DNA of 63,479 nucleotides, counting the filler. It is 6 parts of 6 records of this genome, joined end to end, with 100 filler letters (N's around TTAATTAATTAA, not from the genome) between each part and the next. Parts side by side here need not be neighbours in the genome. Positions count along the whole stretch, not along the records: positions 43,545 to 56,237 come from SRR20825006_2732; positions 56,338 to 63,479 come from SRR20825006_2745; 4 more parts are not named here. One strand, given 5' to 3'. Position 1 is the first letter of the stretch. Each line of letters begins with the position of its first letter. Positions 49,213-59,932 of this stretch are shown piece by piece. The notes under the pieces are model-generated. The model made no database searches. It saw nothing but the letters and a program-made list of their open reading frames with translations, and had not been told where the DNA came from. The position numbers and the translations under genes were made by a program.

Positions 49213-51876
49213 TCAGTACCTGGAGACCAATGACGCGAGCATGTCCATATGCTCGAGCGAAAGTGTCCCTTCGAGCTCTTCGGTGAGCTTTTTATAAGCT
49301 CTGCCGACCTCGAGGTGATCGATCAACAGCGCCGTTTGCTCGAAGTCCTCGGGGAGCTCGGTCACCGGGACACCCAGGACGCGCTGGAGGAGCTGCTCGA
49401 GGAGCGTCGCGAGGAACTGGTGGCGCGGTGATAACGCCCCCTTGTCGATCCCTTCGAGCGTCTCGAGTAAACCGGGCACGATCGTGGCGTCCCCCGCTCG
49501 CAGTGCCGCCAACGTACACTTGCCCGCGAGCACCGGGCGCCTGCTGATGCGCACCTCGCCAGCGAGCGCGTTCTGGAAATGCGCCGCGCTCCTCGCGAAG
49601 TCCCCTTTGGCGAGCGCACACTCGCCGAGCAACTCCTCGCGCTCCCTGCTCCCCTCCGCGTAGCGCTCGAGCGCGCCTCGAGCGAAGGGCCGCTCGTGCC
49701 TGGCCAACAGCGCCAGCCTGTGCCACTCCAGCGAGGCGTCCTCGGGGGCGTCGAACACGTGCGTGGTGAGTTGCTCGAGCTCCTTGTCGAGATGCTCCAG
49801 CCCGGAGAGCGAGGCGCGGGCGGTCTCGAGCAGGACGCGATGGCGCTCCTGCTCCGGGTAGACCTCGCGCTCGACCTCGGTCAGGGCGCGCTCCATGATC
49901 ATCGGCTCCTTGCTCTCGAGCGCGAGCTGACACCACGCCGCGAGCACAGACGAGATCTTCTCCGGGTGCGTGATACGGATCTCTTGCGAGAGCTCCTGCA
50001 TCAGCGTATCCGCGATCTTTGGGGTGTGATCGAGCGTCTGTTTTTCTCTGGCCGCCTTGATCACCTGGAGCGCCTGCTGTGCCTGATCTGCTGCCAACGC
50101 ATGCATGCCCCGGTGCATGTTGTCCTCGGGGAGCACAGACGCGAGCTTCTCGCGCGCGCTGGCGAGCGCGTCGCGCGCCCAGTACTCCACAGGCGCGAGG
50201 ATCGGTTTTGCCCAGAGGCGGCCATCCTCGAGCTTATAGACGAACCCTCGGTCGAGCAGCTTCTCCAGCCTCAACTCGACCTCCCAGATGGAACGCTCCG
50301 AGAGCTTCGCGCAGAGCGCGGCGTCAGTGTGTGGCCAACTCAGCGCCATCCACGCCATGAGCTCGCGCTCGGTGTCATCGAGCGCGCTCGCTGCGCTCGC
50401 ATTTCCCATCATCGGGCGAGCTCCCTGATCCTCGAGCAGCGCCAGCGCCTCGTGCGTGATGTGGAGCTTTCGAGGTCTGCCCGACCAGCGCGCGAGACCG
50501 CTCGTGACCCACGCCTCGAGCTCCCGGTCGATGGCAAAGAGCTCCCCGCGCGTTCTCGCGAAGAGCTCCCTGGCCGCGCGGCCAGGGAGGTCGAGCACGA
50601 ACCTCGGCCCTTCAAAGAGCCCCTCGAGCGCCTCGGCATCGAGCGGCGCGAGGCCAGTCTTTCGGCGCGAGCGTTGCTCCCCGAGGAGCACGAATGGGCC
50701 TCGCCCGATGTGCTCCTCGAACATTTGCCAGGTCCAGCCATCGACGACCTGCTGCGAGATCACGAGGAGCTGACCATCCGGCATATGCTCGAGCATATGC
50801 CGCGTCGCCTCGAGCATATGCTCGAGGTTCGTCTCCAACGAGGGCGGCTCGAGCATCCCCAACAGGCTCTCCAGCGGCCGCTCCCCGGCGGGCAGGAGGA
50901 TCGGAAAATAACCTTCCTCGAGCAGCAACATCGAGAGCAGATCCGTGTGGCGCGCCTGATCGAAGGCGCCGGGGCGGATCTCGTGCGGGATTCTCCTGGT
51001 GAGCGCGTCCATCAGCGGCGCGAGCGCGCGTTGCCACGTCCACGCGGGTAGCTTTGGCTTCGGGTTGAGGACCGCGCTGACGGTCTCGTTGCCCTCCACG
51101 ATCGCCAGGATCTCGCCCATGCTCCCGGGGCGCTCTTCGGGCTCGATGGCGATCATGCGATCGATCAGGACGCTGATCTTCTTGGGGATGCGGGGGTTGA
51201 GCTCTCTCAGCGGCGCGGCCTCTTGCGTGAACAGCGCGCGCAACCACTGACGCATCGTCTCGCCCTCTCTGGGCAACTGCCCGGAGAGCACCTCGTAGAG
51301 CATCACCCCGAGCGCGTAGATATCACTGCGCACCGTCGAGGGCTCTCCGCGAAGCTGCTCGGGCGCCAGGTAAAACGTGCTCCCTTCGAGCGGCTGACCT
51401 GGCTCGCGCTGGCGGCGAAGATCGGCGGCCAGCCCGAAGTCGAGCAGCTTGATACCCGAGGTGCTCGTCACCAGGATATTGGCCGGTTTGAGATCTCTGT
51501 GGAGCACGCCCGCGGCGTGAACCTGCTGCAAGGCGCGCATCAGCCGCGCCGTCGTCACCGCGATCGGCTCCCATCGGCTCGTGCGCTCGCGGCCAGGGAA
51601 GGGCGCGCCGTCGACGTACTCCATGGCCAAATAGTAGTGCTCCCCGATGGGGCCTTCGTCATAGAGCTCGGCGATGCAGGGGAGGTTGAGGCGACGCAGC
51701 AGGTGCGCCTCGCGCCTGGCGGTCGCGTGGGCGCCATTCTTGGAGATCAGCTTGATGGCCAGCTCGCGCTCGTGACGTGTGTCCTGGGCGCGCCAGACCT
51801 CGCCAAATCCGCCGCTTCCCAGGTGCTCCAGCAGCCGGTAGCGACCTGCGATCTTGTCTGATGCTGCGAACTCCAT
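49213..51876 (-). CDS. Hanks-type Ser/Thr protein kinase with long helical C-terminal region
   Basis: LGSGGFGEVW, AIK, HRDLKPANI, DFG, APE, DIYALG. Confidence 0.93.
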   Translation of the reverse strand: MEFAASDKIAGRYRLLEHLGSGGFGEVWRAQDTRHERELAIKLISKNGAHATARREAHLLRRLNLPCIAELYDEGPIGEHYYLAMEYVDGAPFPGRERTSRWEPIAVTTARLMRALQQVHAAGVLHRDLKPANILVTSTSGIKLLDFGLAADLRRQREPGQPLEGSTFYLAPEQLRGEPSTVRSDIYALGVMLYEVLSGQLPREGETMRQWLRALFTQEAAPLRELNPRIPKKISVLIDRMIAIEPEERPGSMGEILAIVEGNETVSAVLNPKPKLPAWTWQRALAPLMDALTRRIPHEIRPGAFDQARHTDLLSMLLLEEGYFPILLPAGERPLESLLGMLEPPSLETNLEHMLEATRHMLEHMPDGQLLVISQQVVDGWTWQMFEEHIGRGPFVLLGEQRSRRKTGLAPLDAEALEGLFEGPRFVLDLPGRAARELFARTRGELFAIDRELEAWVTSGLARWSGRPRKLHITHEALALLEDQGARPMMGNASAASALDDTERELMAWMALSWPHTDAALCAKLSERSIWEVELRLEKLLDRGFVYKLEDGRLWAKPILAPVEYWARDALASAREKLASVLPEDNMHRGMHALAADQAQQALQVIKAAREKQTLDHTPKIADTLMQELSQEIRITHPEKISSVLAAWCQLALESKEPMIMERALTEVEREVYPEQERHRVLLETARASLSGLEHLDKELEQLTTHVFDAPEDASLEWHRLALLARHERPFARGALERYAEGSREREELLGECALAKGDFARSAAHFQNALAGEVRISRRPVLAGKCTLAALRAGDATIVPGLLETLEGIDKGALSPRHQFLATLLEQLLQRVLGVPVTELPEDFEQTALLIDHLEVGRAYKKLTEELEGTLSLEHMDMLASLVSRY

Positions 51877-52039
51877 TCTACCTACATATCCTCTGGTGCA
51901 CGTCACCTGAGCCGCTCACGGAAACTCTCCGCTCTCGAAAGATGGTGGCCAGGTGTTGTTCGATGCATCCTCTGCGTAGTAGTGATAAACCCGAAAGAGC
52001 GATGCTCCACTCACCCCTTCACCGTGATGAGAAGTGACG

Positions 52040-52549
52040 ATGACAGAACCTTCCTGGCCAAAAGATCTGACCAGTGGCGGCCAGACCTTCAAGAACCGCG
52101 TCGACAACCCCCTCGTCTTCCGCGCTTATATGCTCGCCAAAATGCCTACGCTCGGCATCACGACAGCTTACCTCGATGAGATCGAGGTCACGCGTTGCCG
52201 CGTCGCGCTGCCTTATGGCTGGATGGTACGCGATCTCTTCGGGCGCGTCTCCACCGCAGCGATCCTCGCGGCGGCGGAGGCGTGCTCCGTATCGCTGCTT
52301 GTCCTCAATATTCGCAACCAGGGAGCGGCGCTGACCCCGAGACCTCGCGCCGTCTCGATCGAATGCCTCGATGAGTGCCGCGAAGACATGAGCTTCGAGG
52401 TCGAGGATGGTGATGCTTACGGCGCCTTCGTCGCCGAGGCCGTGGCTCATGGTGATGAAGTGCGGCGTGATCTTACCGTCCTCGGGAGCTCCGCCAGCGG
52501 CAAGATCACCCACCGCGTTCACATCGAGTGGGTGCTCGAGCCCAAGTAG
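52040..52549 (+). CDS. Hotdog-fold/thioesterase-like protein (DUF4442-like)
   Basis: Size and C.V.LPYGW..…F…AAE pattern. Confidence 0.55.
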   Translation: MTEPSWPKDLTSGGQTFKNRVDNPLVFRAYMLAKMPTLGITTAYLDEIEVTRCRVALPYGWMVRDLFGRVSTAAILAAAEACSVSLLVLNIRNQGAALTPRPRAVSIECLDECREDMSFEVEDGDAYGAFVAEAVAHGDEVRRDLTVLGSSASGKITHRVHIEWVLEPK

Positions 52550-52573
52550 CGACTCCGCCTGAAAGTAACACCC

Positions 52574-54934
52574 TCAGAGCTTCTCGAGCAAGACCTCGCG
52601 GGTGGCCTGAGGGTCCGCCTTGCCGCGCGAGGCTTTCATCACCTGCCCGACGAAGAATCCGAGCAGCTGCGTCTTGCCCGCGCGGTATTGCTCGGCCTGC
52701 GCTGCGTTTGCTTCGATGACGCCGTCGATGATTTCGGCGAGCTTGGCCGGATCGCTGATCTGGGTGAGCCCCTTCTCCTCGACGATCTTGGCGGGCGCGT
52801 CACCCGTGGCGAGCATCGCCTCGAAGACATCCTTTCCGGCGCGGCTCGAGATCGTGTTGTCATCCATCAGGGCGACGAGCTCCCCGAGCGCTGCTGCGCT
52901 AAACGCCAGCTCATCGAGCGGCGTGTCCTTGAGCTCACGCATCAGCTCGTTGATGACCCAGTTCGACACGCTCTGCGCGTTGTCATGCGCCTCCAGCGCG
53001 CCTTCGAAGAAGTCCGACAGCGCGCGCTCCCCGGTCAGGATATCCGCGTTGTCGTGATCCAGGCCAAGCTCCCCCTTGTAGCGCTCGTAGCGCTCGGCCA
53101 GCAGAGGATCTTCGGCGCGGATCTTGTCGCGCTCTTCCGAGCGAGGCTTCTCGGGCGTCTGCGCCGCGGCCTCTTTCTTTTGCTGCTGCTTCTCGGCGCG
53201 CGCTTCTTCGCGGTTCTTGGCGGGCTCCTCTGCCTCGTTGTTCTTGCGCGACCAGGAGTCCTTGAGCGGCACCACGCGGTTAAACACGAGCGCGCTGTCT
53301 TCACCCTGACCAGGCGCGTGATCCTCGGGGTCGGTGAAGAAATAGCCCTGGCGCTCGAACTGGAAGTGCGCGCCAGCGGCGGCCTCCTTCAGGCTCGGCT
53401 CGACGAGCGCCTTGACCGTCACCAGTGACTCCGGGTTGAGGTGCTCGAGGAAGCTGACCTCCGGGTCGCCATCGGGCTTTGGCACCGAGAACAACCTGTC
53501 ATAGAGGCGCACCATCGCCTCGACGCCCTCTGTCGCAGAGACCCAGTGGATCGTGCCACGCACGCGACGACCATCTGGTGTCGAGCCTCCACGAGACTCG
53601 GGATCATACGTGCACAGCAGCTCGGTAATCTCGCCATCCTCGCCGCGCACGACCTCCTGGCAGGTGATGTAATACCCATAGCGCAGGCGAACTTCGCGGC
53701 CAGGCGCCAGGCGGTAAAACTTCTTGGGAGGTTCCTCCATGAAGTCTTCGCGCTCGATGTAGAGCTCGCGCGTGAAGGGGAGCTCGCGCTCGCCCTCCTT
53801 GGGGATGTCGTGTGGCCAGTAAGAGGCTGGCAACCACTCGACCTTGTCCTCGGGGTAGTTGGTGATGGTGATCTTGAGCGGGTCGAGGACCGCCATCACC
53901 CTGGGCGCGCGCGCGTTCAAATCATCGCGCATGCAGTATTCGAACTGCGCCATATCCACCGATGAGTTGGCCTTTGCCACGCCCACCATCGCCGCGAACT
54001 GGCGGATCGCTTCTGGCGTGACGCCGCGGCGTCGCAACCCCGCGATCGTCGGCATGCGGGGGTCATCCCAGCCGGAGACGTGCTTGTCGCGCACGAGCTC
54101 GAGCAGCTTGCGCTTGCTCATCACCGTGTTCTCGAGGTTGAGCCTGGCGAACTCGATCTGCTGCGGGTGGCACTCCACGCCCAGCTCGTCGAGCAACCAG
54201 TCGTAGAGCTCGCGGTTGTTCTCGAACTCCAGGGTGCACAGCGAGTGCGTGATCCCCTCGATGGAGTCCTCGATGCAGTGCGCGAAGTCATACATCGGGT
54301 AAATGCACCACTCATCACCCGTGCGGTGGTGATGTGCATGGCGGATGCGATAGATGACCGGGTCGCGCATGAGCATGTTTGGCGAGCTCATGTCGATCTT
54401 GGCGCGCAGCACATGCGCGCCATCCTCGAACTCGCCAGCGCGCATGCGCTCGAACAGGTCGAGGTTCTCTTCTGGCGAGCGATCACGGTGCGGGCTGTTC
54501 GTGCCCGGGTGCCCGATGACGCCGCGCTGCTCGCGGATCTCATCGATCCCCTGGCTGTCGACGTAGGCCTTGCCTTCGCGGATCAGCTGGCAGGCGTACT
54601 GGTACATCTGCTCGAAGTAATCGGAGGCGAAGTAGACGTGCTCCTCGGGGGCAAACCCGAGCCACTCGACGTCCGCGCGGATCGAGTCGACGTATTCGGT
54701 GTCTTCCTTGAGCGGGTTGGTGTCGTCGTAGCGCAGGTGACAGCGGCCCTTGTAATCGAGCGCGAGCCCGAAGTTCAGGCAAATCGACTTCGCGTGACCG
54801 ATGTGGAGGTAGCCGTTTGGCTCAGGTGGAAAGCGGGTGACGACCTGTTGGTGCTTCCCGCTTTGCAAGTCCTCATCGATGATGGTTGTGATGAAGTTTG
54901 GCGGGACATTGGCTTCCTTGGTCGCGTCACTCAC
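52574..54934 (-). CDS. glnS: Glutamine-tRNA ligase with C-terminal Yqey (GatB-like) domain; GTG start
   Basis: [32 protein letters not shown], then [17 protein letters not shown]. Confidence 0.95.
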   Translation of the reverse strand: MSDATKEANVPPNFITTIIDEDLQSGKHQQVVTRFPPEPNGYLHIGHAKSICLNFGLALDYKGRCHLRYDDTNPLKEDTEYVDSIRADVEWLGFAPEEHVYFASDYFEQMYQYACQLIREGKAYVDSQGIDEIREQRGVIGHPGTNSPHRDRSPEENLDLFERMRAGEFEDGAHVLRAKIDMSSPNMLMRDPVIYRIRHAHHHRTGDEWCIYPMYDFAHCIEDSIEGITHSLCTLEFENNRELYDWLLDELGVECHPQQIEFARLNLENTVMSKRKLLELVRDKHVSGWDDPRMPTIAGLRRRGVTPEAIRQFAAMVGVAKANSSVDMAQFEYCMRDDLNARAPRVMAVLDPLKITITNYPEDKVEWLPASYWPHDIPKEGERELPFTRELYIEREDFMEEPPKKFYRLAPGREVRLRYGYYITCQEVVRGEDGEITELLCTYDPESRGGSTPDGRRVRGTIHWVSATEGVEAMVRLYDRLFSVPKPDGDPEVSFLEHLNPESLVTVKALVEPSLKEAAAGAHFQFERQGYFFTDPEDHAPGQGEDSALVFNRVVPLKDSWSRKNNEAEEPAKNREEARAEKQQQKKEAAAQTPEKPRSEERDKIRAEDPLLAERYERYKGELGLDHDNADILTGERALSDFFEGALEAHDNAQSVSNWVINELMRELKDTPLDELAFSAAALGELVALMDDNTISSRAGKDVFEAMLATGDAPAKIVEEKGLTQISDPAKLAEIIDGVIEANAAQAEQYRAGKTQLLGFFVGQVMKASRGKADPQATREVLLEKL

Positions 54935-55289
54935 AGCGCGCCTCCATTTCCTGAGTTGTGCTTTCTGCTCTATTTTTCCCTGCGCCGCGGTGTGCGGCGA
55001 GGTGAGTTCAACCAGCAAAGGGAGAGGATCAATTCCTCTCCCTTTGCAAAGTTGCCTAGTAACATAGATCTTCGCGCTGCACCATGCCTGGAGCGGACAG
55101 AATCGACCGTTGCGCGACGTTCGCGCTCGAAAAAATGCACGCGCGCTCTTTTGGCTCGTCACTCGGACCTCGCAGGCTTTTTTCGGAGCCGATGTCGCCG
55201 CTGTTTATGGGGGGTATCAAGCCGAGAATCTCTACACAGAATGCGCTCGATTTGATACCGTCGAGGTTCGAACCTGGAACCTTCGTGTG

Positions 55290-56237
55290 GGTGTGACATC
55301 CTTGAATAAACCGCTCTATCTGCTCATCGAACATATCCTCTCTGAAGAGAACTTCGAGCAGGCCGCCGCCCGAGTGCTCCTCCACGGGCTCGATCAAATC
55401 GATGAGGTGGTCGCGGAGAGCGAATACGCAGGCCACGCTGTGACGCTTCGCGGCTCCATCCACCTTCGCTCGAACGATGGTTATCGCGCCGTCGCGCAGG
55501 CAGGGCGCCCCGACGCCCCCGCGAGCGACGCGCTGGCCGCCGCGAGCATGTGGGAGTGGGTGCATCAGTATCAACAGCCGCTCGCGTTTGACCTGGCGCT
55601 CGGGGTGCTCGCGCTGCTCGACTCCGGCGAGGATGCCTTTGTCGAGATCGATGATCCTCGCGACAGTGAAATCTCGGGGCGCACGAGCCTCGTGATCTTC
55701 CTCGAGCGCGACGCGACCCACGCGCTCCTGATGCCGCTCTTCGACGTGCGCAATGCCATCGTCGGTATGGCCTGCTTCGAGGTGCGGTGCGAGCGTGCCC
55801 TGGGCTCGAGCTTCGTGTGGTCTGATTGCGAGATGGGCATCCGAGGCTTGCTCGCGGCCACGCTTCCTTATCTTCTGGAGAAGCCGACCAGCAACAGCGA
55901 GCAGGACTCGCTGTGTGATGCGTTCCTGCCCGTGCTCGGCGACACGATGCGCCCGCGCGTTCGCCTGCTCGAGGCGTTCTCCAAACAGCTCGAGACGATC
56001 CTGTTGAGCGGCCCCACAGGAGTAGGTAAGACGCGCATGGCGCGCTGGTGCCACGCGCGAAGCTCGAGGAGCGATGGCCCCTTCGAGGTCCTCGACCTGT
56101 TGTCTGTCCCGGAGACCATGCAGATGGCCCACCTCGTCGGTTGGCGTCGCGGCGCGTTCACGAGCGCGGATCGCGATGTCGACGGTGCCATCGAGCGCGC
56201 CGCTGGAGGCACGCTGTTTATCGACGAGATCGACAAG
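55290..56237 (+). CDS. Sigma54-dependent enhancer-binding protein, 3' truncated, start uncertain
   Basis: LLSGPTGVGKT, GAFTSA (GAFTGA loop), GGTLFIDEIDK. Confidence 0.88.
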
Positions 56238-56337
56238 NNNNNNNNNNNNNNNNNNNNNNNNNNNNNNNNNNNNNNNNNNNNTTAATTAATTAANNNNNNN
56301 NNNNNNNNNNNNNNNNNNNNNNNNNNNNNNNNNNNNN

Positions 56338-56840
56338 TTGGCAAAATGATGGCCGAACGCGGCATCACTCTGGTTTACGGTGGCGGCCGTATCGGATTGA
56401 TGGGCGCAGTTGCCGATGCGGTCATGAAAAATGGTGGCAAGGTGGTCGGCATCATCCCGGCCCATCTGGATGACATCGAAGTCGGCCATAAGGGGCTTAG
56501 CGAACTGATCGTCTGCAAATCCATGTATGAACGCAAGGTCGAAATGTTCAAACGTTCGGATGCGTTCGTCACCCTTGCCGGTGGCCTTGGCAGCCTTGAC
56601 GAAGCCTTCGAAGCGCTAACGCTGCGCCAGCTTGGCATCCATGACAAGCCGCTGGTGTTCATGAACGCCCTTGGATATTGGGACAAATGCCTTGATATGA
56701 TTGATGGCATTATCGAAGACGGCTTTGCACGTGAAAGCAACCGCAACCTGTTTACGGTGGCCGAAACGCTGGATGAAGTGTTTGAACAGCTTGAAGCCGA
56801 ACCCGCCCCAAAATTCGATCCGCGTGAAAAGCTTCTTTAA
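56338..56840 (+). CDS. LOG-family (TIGR00730) nucleotide phosphoribohydrolase, 5' truncated
   Basis: LVYGGG..GLMG, M.ERK, GG.GSLDE, H.KP. Confidence 0.92.
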
Positions 56841-56865
56841 GCCCGATTTAACGGCCAGGATATCC

Positions 56866-56899
56866 AATCCGCAAGATATCGATTCTTGCGGATTTTTCT
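56866..56899 (+). terminator. Intrinsic terminator
   Basis: AATCCGCAAGA/TCTTGCGGATT stem followed by a T-tract. Confidence 0.8.
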
Positions 56900-56946
56900 T
56901 TGTAAAATTCTAATCAACATACTGATATTACATTTATTTTAGTAAC

Positions 56947-56960
56947 TTGACATATATCAT
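56947..56960 (+). promoter_or_regulatory. FNR/FixK-like box upstream of cytochrome c peroxidase
   Basis: TTGAC-ATAT-ATCAT versus consensus TTGAY-N4-ATCAA. Confidence 0.55.
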
Positions 56961-57019
56961 CGTGATTGCATTTGCCGCCTGTTTTACTTCCCGAACCACC
57001 ATCATTTGGGAGAGAGCAA

Positions 57020-58099
57020 ATGAAATCGTATCGTGGTCTGGTCGGCAGCCTTGTTTCCATTGCTGCCATGCTGGGGGTCGCCGGGAACGTCCTTGCAGCA
57101 GAACCACTATCACCTTCTGACTTGCGCAAGACGGCCCTTGAGCATTTCGAAGTCATTCCGTCAATGGTACCTGCCGTCAAAGGCAACGCGGTCACACGCG
57201 AAAAGGTCGAACTGGGCAAGATGCTGTTCTTTGATCCGCGTCTGTCGGCCAGTGCGCTGATTTCGTGCAATACATGCCACAATCTGGGCATGGGTGGGGA
57301 TGACAACCTTGAAACATCCATCGGTCATGGCTGGCAGAAAGGCCCGCGTAACGCCCCGACCGTTCTGAATGCCGTGTTTAACGAGGCACAGTTCTGGGAC
57401 GGACGTGCGGAAGACCTGAAGGCACAGGCCAAGGGCCCGGTTCAGGCCGGAGTTGAAATGGCGAGCACCCCCGAACGCGTTGTCGAGGTACTGAAAAGCA
57501 TGGGCGATTACGTCCAGAAATTCGTCCACGCCTTCCCGGGTGAAAGCGACCCGGTAACGTTTGATAACATGGCCAAGGCGATCGAGGCGTTCGAAGCAAC
57601 CCTGATCACCCCGGCATCACGGTTTGACCAGTTCCTCGAAGGAAACGATGCCATCCTGACCAAAACCGAAATGGCCGGACTTGAACTGTTCATCGATACC
57701 GGTTGTGCATCCTGCCATAACGGGGTGAATGTCGGTGGCACCGGTTATTATCCGTTCGGTGTTGTCGAACAGCCGGGTGCGGAAATCCTGCCGCCCGATG
57801 ACAAGGGCCGCTTTGCCGTGACCCAGACGGCAACGGATGACTATGTGTTCCGCGCCGGACCGCTCCGCAATATCGAACTGACCGCACCCTATTTCCATTC
57901 CGGCAAGGTCTGGGACCTGGAGCAGGCGGTTGCGATCATGGGATCAAGCCAGCTTGGTGCTGAACTTGACAACAGCCAGATCAAGGCGATTACCGCCTTC
58001 CTCATGACCCTGACCGGGGAAGCGCCGCGGGTGGAATATCCAATCCTGCCGGTCAGCAGCAAAACCACACCCAAACCGGCCGCAATGGTCGCAAACTGA
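57020..58099 (+). CDS. ccpA: Di-heme cytochrome c peroxidase
   Basis: Signal peptide; CNTCH and CASCH; FWDGRA; LRN…APYFH.G. Confidence 0.93.
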   Translation: MKSYRGLVGSLVSIAAMLGVAGNVLAAEPLSPSDLRKTALEHFEVIPSMVPAVKGNAVTREKVELGKMLFFDPRLSASALISCNTCHNLGMGGDDNLETSIGHGWQKGPRNAPTVLNAVFNEAQFWDGRAEDLKAQAKGPVQAGVEMASTPERVVEVLKSMGDYVQKFVHAFPGESDPVTFDNMAKAIEAFEATLITPASRFDQFLEGNDAILTKTEMAGLELFIDTGCASCHNGVNVGGTGYYPFGVVEQPGAEILPPDDKGRFAVTQTATDDYVFRAGPLRNIELTAPYFHSGKVWDLEQAVAIMGSSQLGAELDNSQIKAITAFLMTLTGEAPRVEYPILPVSSKTTPKPAAMVAN

Positions 58100-58168
58100 T
58101 CCCACAGGGGTGTGGAAAAGCAGAAAGTAGCCGCAAAGGTGCGAACCCCGACACGCTCTTTGCGAACC

Positions 58169-58203
58169 TGCCGCCCGACACAACCCGGGCGGCATTTCTT
58201 TTG
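58169..58203 (+). terminator. Intrinsic terminator
   Basis: TGCCGCCCG/CGGGCGGCA stem followed by TTTCTTTT. Confidence 0.75.
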
Positions 58204-58204
58204 C

Positions 58205-59131
58205 CTATTTCAGTTCCATTCCCTCACCGCCAGAGGCCCGTGCACCTGATAACTGCATCACCCGGCGTTTATACATATCGGCAACCCAGTTGGTCGCCTG
58301 CTTGATACCTTCGGCGGCCCGCAGATCGCGATGAACAATCAGCCAGATATCAGAATCCAGCGTCTCGATCGGGCGCGAAACCCGGGCCAGTGCCGGGTCG
58401 CTGTCGCCCAGAAAGCACGGCAAAATTCCCGCCCCGATCCCGGTGCGCAATGCATTTTGCAGCATCGCGGTATTGCCCGCGCGAAATAACGGTTTATTGC
58501 CGTCAATATGGGCCAACAACCAGCGCTGGCTTTCATAAAGGTCGAATTCTTCCGAAAAACAGATCCACGGCGCATTGGCAAATACCCGATCCGGTCCCAT
58601 ACCCCGCATATCGTACGCCAATCTTTCGGTCGCATAGACCGCACATGAAATCGTGCCAAGCCGCTTGGTAATGAAATCCCCGGTCAAAGGCAAACCATGC
58701 CGGACGGCAAAGTCCGCCTCGCGCTTGGTCAGCAATTGCGTATCATCGGATTGCCGGATTTCAAGATAAAGCCCATCGGGTTTGCTATCAATCTGACCTG
58801 CCAGAAACAGGGCCGACCACGCACTGGCGGTCAGGCGAACCTGCCGGTCGCGAATGCCCGATATCGCATCGCCCTGCCGATGGAAGGCAAAGGCGGCTTC
58901 TTCCATCGCCTCGGCGCGCGGGCGTAAATCGCGCCCGGCTTCGGTCATGCGCAATCCTTCTGGCAGGCGATCAAACAGCACCACGCCGACGACATCTTCA
59001 AGGGCGGACAAATGCCGCCCCAATGTCGGCTGGCTGACGCCAAGCTCCTGAGAGGCCGCCCTGAGGCTGCCGGTGCGCGCAAGTGCAAGAAACACGCGTA
59101 TGTGATCCCAGTCCGGTTTTTTGGTTGTCAT
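58205..59131 (-). CDS. LysR-family regulator
   Basis: DWDHIRVFLA…GSL..A…LGVSQPT. Confidence 0.92.
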   Translation of the reverse strand: MTTKKPDWDHIRVFLALARTGSLRAASQELGVSQPTLGRHLSALEDVVGVVLFDRLPEGLRMTEAGRDLRPRAEAMEEAAFAFHRQGDAISGIRDRQVRLTASAWSALFLAGQIDSKPDGLYLEIRQSDDTQLLTKREADFAVRHGLPLTGDFITKRLGTISCAVYATERLAYDMRGMGPDRVFANAPWICFSEEFDLYESQRWLLAHIDGNKPLFRAGNTAMLQNALRTGIGAGILPCFLGDSDPALARVSRPIETLDSDIWLIVHRDLRAAEGIKQATNWVADMYKRRVMQLSGARASGGEGMELK

Positions 59132-59284
59132 CGGGGGCCTCGGTTGGTGGTTGGGGCGCGATACAGGATTGAATAACGGATCATCAAAAAATCCCGTTGT
59201 TATTCATTATTGGATCACCACCAATCCCGCAAGCCATGGTTGCGCGGGTACAGACATAGAGCCACAAGTATTTGCAAGGTATGA

Positions 59285-59779
59285 TTATTCGGGATCGCCG
59301 GACTGAGGCAGATGTTCAAAAATGCTGCCCGGTCCGGTCCATTTGCCATCGGGCTCGGTCGGCCAGCGCTGATCGACGTCAGCGGCAAGATCGGCCAGCG
59401 TGACCGACGCAAACCGTTCAAGCAAAAGTTTCTCGGCGGCGTCAAACGAACTGCCAAGGGCGGCATTTACCGCCTGTTCAACCAGACATTCGGGATGTTC
59501 GACCGCAACCCCCATGGCAAAGATCGACGGGTTGCCAAGCGCGTTATGGATATCAAGAAACGTGATTTCCGAAAGCGGACGAATAATCACCCATCCGCCG
59601 CCATGTCCCTTTTCGGATCGCACATAACCGGCATCGCGCAACCCTGCCATCGTGCGCCGAACCACAACCGGATTGGTATCAAGCATCCGGGCAATCATGT
59701 CGGACGTCATCGCCCCGCCAAACCGATCCATATGGATCAGGACGTGCAACATGCGGGAAAGGCGACTGTCACGGCGCAT
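59285..59779 (-). CDS. Rrf2-family regulator
   Basis: TSD.IA…TNPVVVRR…GHGGGW; single Cys (ECLVE). Confidence 0.92.
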   Translation of the reverse strand: MRRDSRLSRMLHVLIHMDRFGGAMTSDMIARMLDTNPVVVRRTMAGLRDAGYVRSEKGHGGGWVIIRPLSEITFLDIHNALGNPSIFAMGVAVEHPECLVEQAVNAALGSSFDAAEKLLLERFASVTLADLAADVDQRWPTEPDGKWTGPGSIFEHLPQSGDPE

Positions 59780-59835
59780 TGATGGTTTCCTTGGTCTGGC
59801 AATATTGCGGCCAGACTATCGGGCTTTGGCGCATA

Positions 59836-59901
59836 TTCGCAACACCAAAAGTTTCAAGACGCTTGACACTGCAAAATCACGATACTTATAAAGTTACATG
59901 A
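59836..59901. promoter_or_regulatory. Putative Rrf2 operators overlapping a sigma70 promoter
   Basis: TCACGATACT-TATAA-AGTTACATGA (59877-59901), a weaker copy at 59836-59858, and TTGACA at 59863. Confidence 0.6.
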
Positions 59902-59932
59902 TTCATTTTCAGTTACCGCACGGAGCCCCGAT

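Noticed and set aside
41596-55255. Long antisense ORFs (e.g. 41596-42858, 49579-51051, 54080-55255; also 16000-17055, 32063-33088, 33526-34587)
   Set aside because: They are shadow ORFs opposite well-supported genes in GC-rich DNA, with no recognisable motifs.
8481-56337. Apparent gene neighbourhoods across N-runs (e.g. Tn7 next to dnaE2) and the repeated TTAATTAATTAA
   Set aside because: These are artificial contig linkers. The segments differ in composition, and ORFs running into the Ns are artefacts.
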